Source of the DNA: Macrostomum hystrix
Lineage: Eukaryota; Animalia; Platyhelminthes
Reading direction: 5' to 3'
DNA length: 64,000 nt
NCBI GenBank assembly: GCA_950097015.1
Contig: CATNEN010000002.1
Location: 3,472,001 to 3,536,000, forward strand
Each line of letters opens with the position of its first letter. The stretch's first letter is position 1. The position numbers and the translations under genes are program-made. The notes beneath the pieces are model-generated. The model ran no database searches. It was not told the DNA's origin and was given only the letters and a program-made list of their open reading frames with translations. This document shows positions 12,860-24,800 of this stretch, piece by piece.

Positions 12860-15800
12860 ATGATGCGGTGCAATGGCAACGGTAACGGCAGCAGCCGACA
12901 GCCGCATCACCGCAGCCACCAGTCTATGGAGAGCTACTCTGACGCCGCCGCAGCTGCAGCAGCCGCCGCCGCCGCCTCGTGCAAAACCGACCAACTGCTG
13001 GAACGACGCAAAGCCGCTGCCGCTGCAGCTGCAGTCGCCTCCGATTCAGCAACCGCTGGCGGCCAGCGCTCCGACATTGTTGCGGTCCTGGCGGCCAAGG
13101 ACACCGCCGCGTTCAACCTCCGCTGCCTGTGGGTTGGCTGGGTGTTCATGTGCTGGGTTGGCGGCATGATGACTGCGGCCGGCTTCCTGCTGCCCTATTG
13201 GCTCAAGGGCAGTAGGGAGGCCAGCGACGTGCGGAAGCAGCTGAGCGACCTGGGCCTGTTCCGACTGTGCGCTTATCCGCGACAGGTGGACGGACAGGTG
13301 AGGATAACTTTCCATCTCTACACTATTTAAGATGGTTTTCTAAATGTAGAAAATCAATTATGTAACCTTCTCTAAGCGAAATGCTATGCTTGTGAAAGTG
13401 AAATAAAATTTTACTCAAACCGGAAATCCTACCGGCCTTAAAGTTATACCGGCGGAATCCCAAATGCCAAAAATCTTATATCGGAAATCCTACTTCCTGG
13501 AAAATTTTCAAGAGGAAATCTCGCTTCCTAAAATACATCTATGGCAAATCCCACATCCAGTAAAACTATCTAGGAAAACTCTAACTTCCTGGAAGCTATC
13601 TAGGGTAATTCCCATTTCCTAAAAACTTTCTAGGGGAAATCCCACTTCCTAAAATACATCTAAGCAAAATCCCACATCCAGGAAGCTATAAAGGGAAACG
13701 CCAACTTTCGGGAAACTGTCTAGGGGAAATCCCACTTCCAGAAAACTATGTTGGGGAAATCTTACTTTCTGGAAACTATCCTGAATTGAATCATTTCTAT
13801 TAGAACATTTGTTCCTTAAATTATGCTTGCACAAATCGAAAAAAATCGCAGGTGCGCCTAGTCATGGACTGCGCCCACTATCGACACTTCGCCGAGATTC
13901 CCAGCTCGCTGTGGAAGCTGGCCTTCGTGCTGATGGCCACGGCCTGCTGCCTGCTGCTGCTGCTCACCTTCTTCTTGGCCTTCACCGGCTTCCGGCTGTT
14001 CATTCTGCGCATCCGCTCTGTCGTGACCATCTGCGGCGTGGCCCAGGGCTTCAGTTGTGAGCTCGCTATGGATTTCGGGGATCTTGGAACAGGGATCTGG
14101 GATTGGGGATTCAATGTGAACAGGGGAGTGCTGATGTTCAATACTCGTAAACTCATAGGCAACGTGATTTTTGGGAGTTCGATTCTAGGATTAGTGGGAT
14201 TGGGATTCTTAGATAAGTAGGATTGGGATTCTTAGATAAGTAGGATTAGGATTCTAGAATTAGTAGGATTGGGATTCTAGAATTAGTAGGATTAGGATTC
14301 TAGAATTAGTAGGATTGGGATTCTAGAATTAGTAGGATTGGGATTCTAGAATTAGTAGGATTGGGATTCTAGGATTAGTAGGATTGGGATTCTCGGATTA
14401 GTAGGATTGGGATTCTAGGATTAGTACTCGTAGGATAGGGATTCTTAGATAAGTAGGATTGGGATTCTAGAATTAGTAGGATTGGGATTCTAGGATTAGC
14501 AGGATTAGGATTCTAGAATTAGTAGGATTGGGATTCTAGGATTAGTAGGATTGGGATTCTCGGATTAGAAGGATTGGGATTCTAGAATTAGTAGGATTGG
14601 GATTCTAGGATTAGTAGGATTGGGATTCTCGGATTAGTAGGATTGGGATTCTCGGATTAGTAGGATTGGGATTCTAGGATTAGTACTCGTAGGATAGGGA
14701 TTCTTAGATAAGTAGGATTGGGATTCTAGAATTAGTAGGATTGGGATTCTAGGATTAGCAGGATTAGGATTCTAGAATTAGTAGGATTGGGATTCTAGGA
14801 TTAGTAGGATTGGGATTCTCGGATTAGTAGGATTGGGATTCTAGAATTAGTAGGATTGGGATTCTAGGATTAGTAGGATTGGGATTCTCGGATTAGTAGG
14901 ATTGGGATTCTCGGATTAGTAGGATTGGGATTCTAGGATTAGTACTCGTAGGATAGGGATTCTTAGATAAGTAGGATTGGGATTCTAGAATTAGTAGGAT
15001 TGGGATTTCGGATTAGTAGGATTGGGATTCTCGGATTAGTAGGATTGGGATTCTAGGATTAGTACTCGTAGGATAGGGATTCTTAGATAAGTAGGATTGG
15101 GATTCTAGAATTAGTAGGATTGGGATTCTAAGATTAGCAGGATTAGGATTCTAGAATTAGTAGGATTGGGATTCTAGGATTAGTAGGATTGGGATTCTCG
15201 GATTAGTAGGATTGGGATTCTAGAATTAGTAGGATTGGGATTCTAGGATTAGTAGGATTGGGATTCTCGGATTAGTAGGATTGGGATTCTCGGATTAGTA
15301 GGATTGGGATTCTAGGATTAGTACTCGTAGGATAGGGATTCTTAGATAAGTAGGATTGGGATTCTAGGATTAGTAGGATTGGGATTCTTAGATAAGTAGG
15401 ATTAGGATTCTAGAATTAGTAGGATTGGGATTCTAGGATTAGCAGGATTAGGATTCTAGAATTAGTAGGATTGGAATTCTAGAATTAGTAGGATTGGGAT
15501 TCTAGGATTAGTAGGATTGGGATTCTCGGATTAGTAGGATTGGGATTCTAGGATTAGTAGGATTGGGATTCTAGGATTAGTAGGATAGGGATTCTTAGAT
15601 AAGTAGGATTGGGATTCTAGGATTAGTAGGATTGGGATTTCGGATTTGGTGGGATTGTGGGATTATGGGACTAAACTGATTGAAAGTTCAGAGTTAGTGT
15701 CTTAAGGTTTATCAAAATACCTGTTTGATAGTAGGACTGTTAGGAATTTAGGAGTTTAGGGATTCGAAATAGGGATGTTTTTGAGATCTTTGAGATCGCG

Positions 15801-18800
15801 CATTTTGGCATCGGCTCAAAGAGGATTTGGACTTTAGGTTTCGGTAAAAAAATCGATGCTGTTTTTGCTGGAACTTTAGTAGTATAGCCTCTTATTTTCC
15901 CATGTTTTTGTGTTTGTGTGATCAATATCATACAGTACAGGTTTGTGATAAGATGCCAGAAAGCAGTTATTTATGCTCTAATCGTGGTTGTGATCCCCTA
16001 GATTTTTACCTGGTGGGTCTCAGGTCCCATTAGAGGCGAAAGCTTCATAAAAACTTCTGAGTTTTTATTCTAGTTCTAATGTCTTTTGGCAACAAAGTTT
16101 CCCATAGACTGCTCAGGAGATTAACGTCTCGATGGAGGACAGTTTTTTATGGCCTTTTTTCTGAGTAAAGATTGTGGATTAATGAGTCAAGGAAGGAGGG
16201 CCAAAATATTCTCAGATTCTCAAATAAAATTCTCAAAAACCTGTGCAATGAAGAACGAGGAGGATTAAAACACCTGTGCAAATGAAGAACAAACAGGATG
16301 AAAACACCTGTGCAAATGAAGAACAAGCAGGATTAAAATACCTGTGCAAATGAAGAACAAGCAGGATTAAAATACCTGTGCAAATGAAGAACAAGCAGGA
16401 TTAAAATACCTGTGCAAATGAAGAACAACCAGGATTAAATCACCTGTGCAAATGAAGAACAAAATGGATTAAAACACCTGTGCAATGAAGAACAAACATG
16501 ATTAAAACACCTGTGCAAATGAAGAACAACCAGGATTAAATCACCTGTGCAAATGAATAACAAAATGGATTAAAACACCTGTGCAATGAAGAACAAGCAG
16601 AATTAAAACACCTGTGCAATGAAGAACAAGCAGGATGAAAACACCTGTGCAATGAAGAACAAACAGGATTAAAACACCTGTGCAATGAATAACAAGCAGG
16701 ATGAAAACACCTGTGCAAATGAAGAACAACCAGGATTAAAACACCTGTGCAAATGAAGAACAACCAGGATTAAATCACCTGTGCAAATGAAGAACAAAAT
16801 GGATTAAAACACCTGTGCAATGAAGAACAAGCAGAATTAAAACACCTGTGCAATGAAGAACAAGCAGAATTAAAACACCTGTGCAAATGAAGAACAAACA
16901 GGAATGAAACACCTGTGCAATGAATAACAAACAGGATTAAAACACCTGTGCAATGAAGAGCAAACATGATTAAAACACCTGTGCAAGGAATAGCAACCAA
17001 TTCGAAGCAAAGTTTCGAATGCAGATGCATTGGAAGGCCAATGGGCTTCAATGGCGGATGCAATCGAAACCTATCGGTGGCCTAAAAGCCATCCCAAAAA
17101 GAAAGCTTATCTATAAAGGCTTAATCACTAAAGCTATCTGAAATAAAAGATAGTTGCCATGCTGAACAAAAGAAGACGAAGAAATTAACTATCAAAGGTT
17201 CCACTTCGCCCACTCGATTCTGCATGTGCAGTCTTTCTAGTGGATCGCGTCCTTAGTCGCTCCACGCCCAAAAATAGAGCTATACCTTCACTTGCTGCCC
17301 GCCCGTGCACCTTTGATCTTTCGTGTGCAACTAGCGGACCCATTTTCCTTATTTCTGATCCACTTTCTCTGTGCTCGATACAAGGAAAACGAAAATCTTT
17401 GTTTACTTCATCGGTGGGTACCTGATTGAATGGTCAAAGCCGTGGTAATACTCGTACATACCTATATCTGTGTGGATATGTGGATATGGGTTTTTGCGAT
17501 ACAGGTTTAATGTCCTTTTCTGTAGGATGCAGATTTTTATAGTAAATAACTGTAGGTTACGCATGTGGGACTAGTAGGGCAGGTAGAAGAGGTAGGGCAG
17601 GTAGGACAGTTAAGGCAGGTAAAACAGGTAAGGCAAGCAGAAGAGGTAGGGTAGTAAGAACAGGTAGGTCAGGTCGGACAGGTAGAAGAGGTAGGGTAGG
17701 TAGGGCAGGTAGAACAGGTAGGACAGGTAAGGCAGGTAGAACAGGCAGGGTAGGTATAACAGGTAGGTCAGGTAGGACAGATAAGGTACGTAGAACAGGT
17801 AGGTCAGGTAAGGCAGGTAGAACAGGTAAGGCAGGTAGAACAGTTAGGGCAGGTGGGACAAGTAAGGTAGGTGGGGAATGTTGGACAGGTATATCAGGTA
17901 AGGCAGGTTGGATCAGCAGCAAGACTCCGCATATATCTAGTCGAGTCGTCGAGTTAGCTATAAATATAGGCTGGAGCCTATATCAGAATACTGAACATCT
18001 AATAGAATTTCTAATAGCCTTCAAAGAATTCAATTAGAAATCATAGCAAATATCCAGTAACAGCAGTACTGGGAGCAAAAGTTCAAGTCAAGACCTTAAA
18101 CCAAATAAAGGAGAACCAGCGCAAACACTGTCCTATGAATCGGCTTCGTAAACATTCCCTTAGGTATCGGGTTGCAGTTTATACAAGACACTAGCAAGCC
18201 ATCTGAGAATCATTTAGTGCCTATACTTATTCAGCAGCGTGACCTTTTAGCTTCGCGCAAAAATCAATGGAATTGAATTTTGAATTTTATTATCTATGGA
18301 AATCCCGCAGCTCAATTCTCAAGTTTAATCAGAAATCTGAAACTAGCTAGCAGCGAATACTTCGGAGGTCGGCGAAGTTTAATTCAAAAGGCAAGAAAAA
18401 AATTTCTGAACGGATTTTTTATAATATAGTGTGCTCATGATTGAATTGAGCTCATGATTCTCACACTCTAAGCCGCTAAAATAAATGAATAATTTAAGCA
18501 ATAGGTGAATAGGTGAATGCCTAACCGTTTTGCTAGGCAGTCGTAAAAATGAGTTGGTCGCTCCTGCTCAGCTTTTTTATGAGCACACGGCCTAGCAACT
18601 AAACTTCCTAACACCCTCCACTGTGCCTAACAATCTGATCCCAATCTACAGCACATATCCCAAAACACCATGTGACTGAACAGGTTTTGATGCTTAGATA
18701 TGCATGAGCATGTTCTCATCGTATTCGCAGAGCTCAAAGCCTCATAGTTTAGCTTTATGGGCTATATCTGCCAATTACGTAACACAATTACTCCTATTAT

Positions 18801-21800
18801 TGAGCAGAGCCCAGGCTAGAATTGCATTATAGAGTGCCGCCCCCATTGAGTCACTGGGATCCAACGGCTCTGCCTCTTGCCACTTTTCCTCTCTGAGCAG
18901 TGAATGCTCATAACTACAATAAAACCTGACGTTTTTCACGTTTTTTGCCGACTGAATGGCCCAAATGAGAGTAGAGACCATAAGCCAACGCCAGGCAGGG
19001 TTAAATTGAACTTGACATTGTGGCTGACATGCTGACAGGCTTAGAGTATTGTGAGAGATGTCTTCCGACCCATTCCGGTAGCTTGGCAGTTGCTATGATA
19101 CATTTATGAACTGGAAACTGAACATATGGAAGTTGTATTTCCAGATTCAAGTTTGATGGAGTGAGATTCTGAGAGATTGGAGTTTGATAGATAGAAGGAG
19201 ATTATGAGAGATTGGAGTTTGATGGAATGAGATTCTGCGAGATTGGAGCTATATAGAGTGAGATTCTGAGAGATTGGAGCTTGATAGAGTGAGATTATGA
19301 GAGATTAGAGTTTGATAGAGTGAGATTATGAGAGATTGGAGTTTGATGGAGTGAGATTGTAAGAGATTGGAGCTATATAGAGTGAGATTCTGAGAGATTG
19401 TAGTTTGATGGAGTGAGATTCTGAGAGATTGGAGTTTGATGGAGTGAGATTGTAAGAGATTAGAGCTATATAGAGTGAGATTCTGAGAGATTGTAGTTTG
19501 ATGGAGTGAGATTCTGAGAGATTGGAGTTTGATGGAGTGAGATTGTAAGAGATTGGAGCTATATAGAGTGAGATTCTGAGTGATTGGAGTTTGATGGAGT
19601 GAGATTATGAGAGATTGGAGTTTGATGGAGTGAGATTGTAAGAGATTGGAGCTATATAGAGTGAGATTCTGAGAGATTGTAGTTTTAAGAGTGAGGCTTT
19701 AAGAGATTAGATTATGATTGAGTAGGATTCTAAACTAACCAATTTCGATTGAAGTTAAAAATTATGAAGTTCAGCAAGTTTTTGAAGGATGTAGGAATCA
19801 AAAGTTGACATTGTGATTGATTTGAACAAGTTAAAAAACTCACAAAAGTAAATAGAGAACTGTTGCATTTTTTCTGTTGACAGACTACACTAAATTGAAA
19901 GCAAAGCAAAGTCGGCAGATGGAACTTAAGTCCTCCTAGCCTCGGGGATTTGAAGCAACCAGCGGACAATGCTCTCTGACTAACTTGGAGAGCTGTTAGG
20001 GAAAATATGCGCGGGTGGCCTCCACAGTAAAAACCTCACTTCACTTCTCAAAGAAATGTAGTTAAAAAAATGGGAAATTTCGCCCGCAGGGGTTGAGCTG
20101 TGATTTAATGGCTCTTCGCCTTTTCTATCCTCGGCGTCACAAAACTACCAGGAGCGCGGAATGCTAGACCGGGAAAATAAATGGTCCCCAACTGCTGAAA
20201 CTCCAACCCCGGCCTTCTAAATCTATTAGGAAAGGAGGTCGAGGGAAAGTTGATAAGGAAATGACCCGTTGGCTTGGGAATTTATTATCTCAAAGCCGAA
20301 GTTTTTACTGCCTTCTTATTCACCACTATATTATCTGCTTTAGTGATCATAACCTAATGGAGGCCGGTCTCAAGTATTGAGTATTTTTGCGAAATTTATT
20401 AATCGATTCATTTTATAAGAAATCCTTCCTTCAATTGGTAGGATAAAATCCCTGACGTAGGTTTTGATTCGCGGATAATTTATAGTAGGACTTTGTAAAG
20501 TTGCGAATATCAGAATCTTAAAAAGAATCCTTCATTTGATGATCTGAAATCGTAGTTTAAATTTTGTATGGTTAAATACTGCCTTGGGGATTATAGATCC
20601 AATAAGGATTTTAGAATGGGAAATGGGTTAGTGATCCCAATAGTGATTTTCGAATCATGGGGAACGAGGATGACATTGCTTTCATGATCATGGGAAATTA
20701 AGATAACATTTTTCTTAGGAAAATAGGCTATTGGATTGACTCTAGATTGACTCAAAGACTTTTATTCTGTAGTTCTCCAAGCTATCGCCACAAAACTTCC
20801 CAACGCCTAACCTAACAAAGTCAATCATAAAGTAAATACCGCTTTCCTGGCTTTGACTTACCTGAGCAATATCCGAGATCATGATGCCTCATCAATCATA
20901 GCAGGACTCGGTCAAAGCCATGGTGCTAGCCCTACATAATTCACCAGTGCCAGAGGCCTTAAGACAACTAGACCCGACTTAGTAGGGCCGATGCCGATGA
21001 AATATCACTCACCTGCTAGACACTTCACAATTGTCAGTCAGGTCAAACTTGTCAGGCAGAAGAGCGGAAATGAATGCAATCAGTCAGAGCAGTTTGACTA
21101 GCACAGCGGCTTTCAGGTGAGCGCAAACCTTTGCTGAGCTGTGACAGATCCGTCAGCTGTTAAATGAAATACATGTGTTGGGATTGAGGATTCTAGATTT
21201 TGGGATTTAGGATTCTAGGCTTTGGGATTTAGGATTCTAGGATTTGCGATTTAGGATTCTAGGTTTAGGGGTTTAGGATTCTAGGTTTTGGGATTTAGGA
21301 TTCTAGGCTTTGCGATTTAGGATTCTAGGTTTTGGGATTTAGGATTCTAGGTTTTGGGATTTAGGATTCTAGGTTTTGGGATTTAGGATTCTAGGTTTTT
21401 GGATTTTGGATTTTAGGTTTTAGGATTTAGTATTTTAGGTTTAGGGATTTAGGATTCTAGGTTTTTGGATTTTGGATTTTAGGTTTTGGTTATTTAGGAT
21501 TCTAGGTTTTGGGATTTAGGATTTTAGGTTTTGGGAATTATTATTTAAGATGCTAGGATTTAGAATATTTTGTGTTGGGATTCTAGATTCCTTTTGTTTG
21601 TATTTAGGATTCGAGATTTTGGGATTTGGGGTTGTTTATGTTGATATTTTAGATTCCTGATATATATATATATAATTATATAGAAGGATTTGTAATATTT
21701 ATAGTTAGGATTAGGATTTTAGAGAGTTAAGGTTTTTTATTTAGGAATTTTAAAATGGGTCAATGATCCCAATAGTGATTTTGGGATTCGAACACGAATC

Positions 21801-24800
21801 CATAGGAATACATAGAGGTTTTAGCCTAGTGGTTAGATCGTCGGACTCACGACTTGAAGGTCGGGGGTTCGATTCCCGACTCCACTGGAACAATTTGTGT
21901 CCTTTAGCAAGATACTCAACTGTACAGTTCTTCAGTTCACCCAGCTGTTAAATGGGTACCAGCAGTAGCTGGGATAATTGAAGGTGGGTGTGGCGTCCCC
22001 CCAGTCCATGGACTGAACAGCTGTACGCAGCCTTCAGATGCGCCGCGCAATAGCTGCGGCTGTGCTGTCGGCTGCACATCTGGCCCGATTGGGGCAGGTG
22101 TTATCAATTATTATTAATTATAATTTTGGGATCTACGGTTCCAAGGTGTTTCAAATTCGCGATTATAGATTTTGGGATTTAGGATTCAATATGCTGGGGA
22201 TTTAAATTATGGATTTTAAGGTTATGCATGTTGTATCTCCAGATCACAAGGAATCGCAAGCTTTTTTATTTGTTGATTCAGAATTCTTCGTTCAGAACAA
22301 CGTGCCTTCGTATTAAAGAAACAAATTATGTGCCCGTACTTGAGTCCTTAACTTGAGTTCACTCACCTTTCACCAACACCTGATGGCCACCCGCAGCTCT
22401 GTTTGTGCTACTGTCCTGCCTGCTCTACCCGGCTGGTTGGCGAGGCAACCCGGATGTGGCTCAGGTGTGCGGCAGCGAGGCAGATGCCTTCAACCTGGGT
22501 GAGTCTAGTTTGAGCAGTTTCTAGTTTATAATAATCCAAAATAATAGCACCACAGGTTAATATTTTCACATCCTTGATAACTATACCTAAGCACCTGATT
22601 TCAAAATCCGAAGATTCCATTATGAAAACCCGGAATTCACTATTAATATCCGGAAATCGGGATTTTAGTATCCAGATATCCCATATTAGAATCCTGATAT
22701 CCCATATTAGAAACCCGATATCCTATATAAGAATCCTGATATCCCGAATTAGAATCCTGATATCCTATATAAGAATCCTGATATCCCGTATTAGAATCCT
22801 GATATCCTATATTGGAATCCTGATATCCTATATTAGAATCCTGATATCCTATATTAGAATCCTGATATCCTATATTGGAATCCTGATATCCTATATTAGA
22901 ATCCTGATATCCTATATTAGAATCCTGATATCCTATATTAGAATCCTGATATCCTATATTGGAATCCTGATATCCTATATTAGAATCCTGATATCCTATA
23001 TTAGAATCCTGATATCCTATATTAGAATCCTGATATCCCATATTAGAATCCCGATATCCTATATTAGAATCCTGATATCCCGTTTTAGAATCCTGATATC
23101 CTATATTAGAATCCCGATTTCCATATTAGAATCCTGATGTTCCTTGTACAAATCTTAATTCTTAATTAAAAACGTATTCCAACATTTAAATAAATTTTCC
23201 CAGAATATCCCAGTATCCAAAATTAGAATTAATTTTTTATATAGGAATCCTGATTTCCATAAATATTATCCTAATTTCTAGATTTCGAATACTATATTCG
23301 TTAATTAGTATTAAATATCCCTAATTGTGATCCAAATACTTCATATTATAGTCATATTACCCCCATTATTGAAGCAGTGAAGCATTCATTAGCTAATTGT
23401 TATCCAGAAATTTTCAAATCAGAGAAAATAAAAATTTGAGTCATGCTACATGCAGGCATCCACATCCCCTATATTTGTTCGCTCCAGCAGAAGCTTTCAC
23501 AATATTCGCATCAGCAATTTAGCATTAAAAGGAAGAAAAGTTAACTAATTCAAATCTTCAGTGTAACCTTTCGCTTAGACTTTGAAACTGAAAATCTTAT
23601 TAAATAATCGGAAACTGAAAAAGGTTTATAGAAGAATAAAAATACATCAAAAGGTTGACAGATTTGAGAATTTTATTAGGCCAAGATATATTGATATACT
23701 CATAAATACTATTATAAATTATATGGGATACAGATTATTAGAAATTGATGAACTAGCTGAGGGGGATCGATAGCTCGCAGATTCTAATAATAATAATAAT
23801 TAATCATTATATAACTAGCAGAGGTTGTAGCCTAGTGGTTAGGGCGTCGGACTCACGACTTGAAGGACAGGGGTTCGATTCCCGACTCCACTGGAACAAT
23901 TTGTGTCATTTAGCAAAACACTCTGCATTGCTTCAGTTCACCCAGCTGTTAAATGGGTACCAGCATCAGCTGGGATAATTGAAAGTGGGTGTGGCGTCCC
24001 CCCAGTCCATGGACTGAACAGCTGTACGCAGCCTTCAGATGCGCTGCGCATTACCTGCGGCTGTGCTGTCGGCTGCACATCTGGCCCGATTGGGGCAGGT
24101 GTAATCAATTATTATAATTATTATATTGTAAACGATTGATACTTTGCAAGAGATTTATAGACTTTGAGAGATTGATAGATTGCATGAGATTGATGGATTG
24201 CATGAGATTGATGGATTTTAAGAGATTGATGAATCGTGATATATTCAAAGAGATAGGTAGATTTATTTTGAAAAATCAATACAATACAAATTCTAGACAG
24301 CACAACGAAAATAAACCCTAAGGGTAATTGTGCATCGGATTGAATGCTGGTAAAAAAACTCGATAAAAAATATGCTAAAAGCTGACTTTCACAACGCCAA
24401 TTAGGAGGCCTAGTGTAGAACTCGCTACCCAAGCGTTTGCACGCAATGTTGCGAGTGCATATTCGGTAGTGCAGCAATCAGCTTATTGAAGAGGCCATAC
24501 TGCGAAGGAACTGGTTGTAGCAAAGCCAGCATCGAATAGCAGGCTTTGCCCCAGCCAAAAGCAATAACAATGCAGGCTGCATGTAGCATTGCGAATCTGC
24601 GCATATCAGATTCAACTCCGCCTGACTGCGCTAGTCAAGTGGGTGCGGTGCAATGTCCCTGCAACCGGGTCTCTGAGGCCAGCCTGTTCCTTACCGAATA
24701 TTCTGATTCACTTTCCCGATTTCTTGCGTGACTACAGTTTACAGTTGATGGAGCTATGGGAAGATTAGATTCTGAATAGTGTGAGAATGAGAGAGATTAG

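Noticed and set aside
20850-21160. Exon-like segments with minus-strand GTAAGT/GTGAGT donors in LHFPL intron 2
   Set aside because: All three frames contain stops between the candidate acceptors and donors.
21180-21540. Interstitial telomeric repeat
   Set aside because: Contains TTAGG-like words but no run of TTAGGG; it is a 22-bp unit minisatellite.
21815-21890. Possible tRNA gene (also 23821-23890)
   Set aside because: A/B boxes are present, but the acceptor and anticodon stems do not form properly and the sequence continues into a SINE body. The TCA triplet is not evidence for tRNA-Sec.
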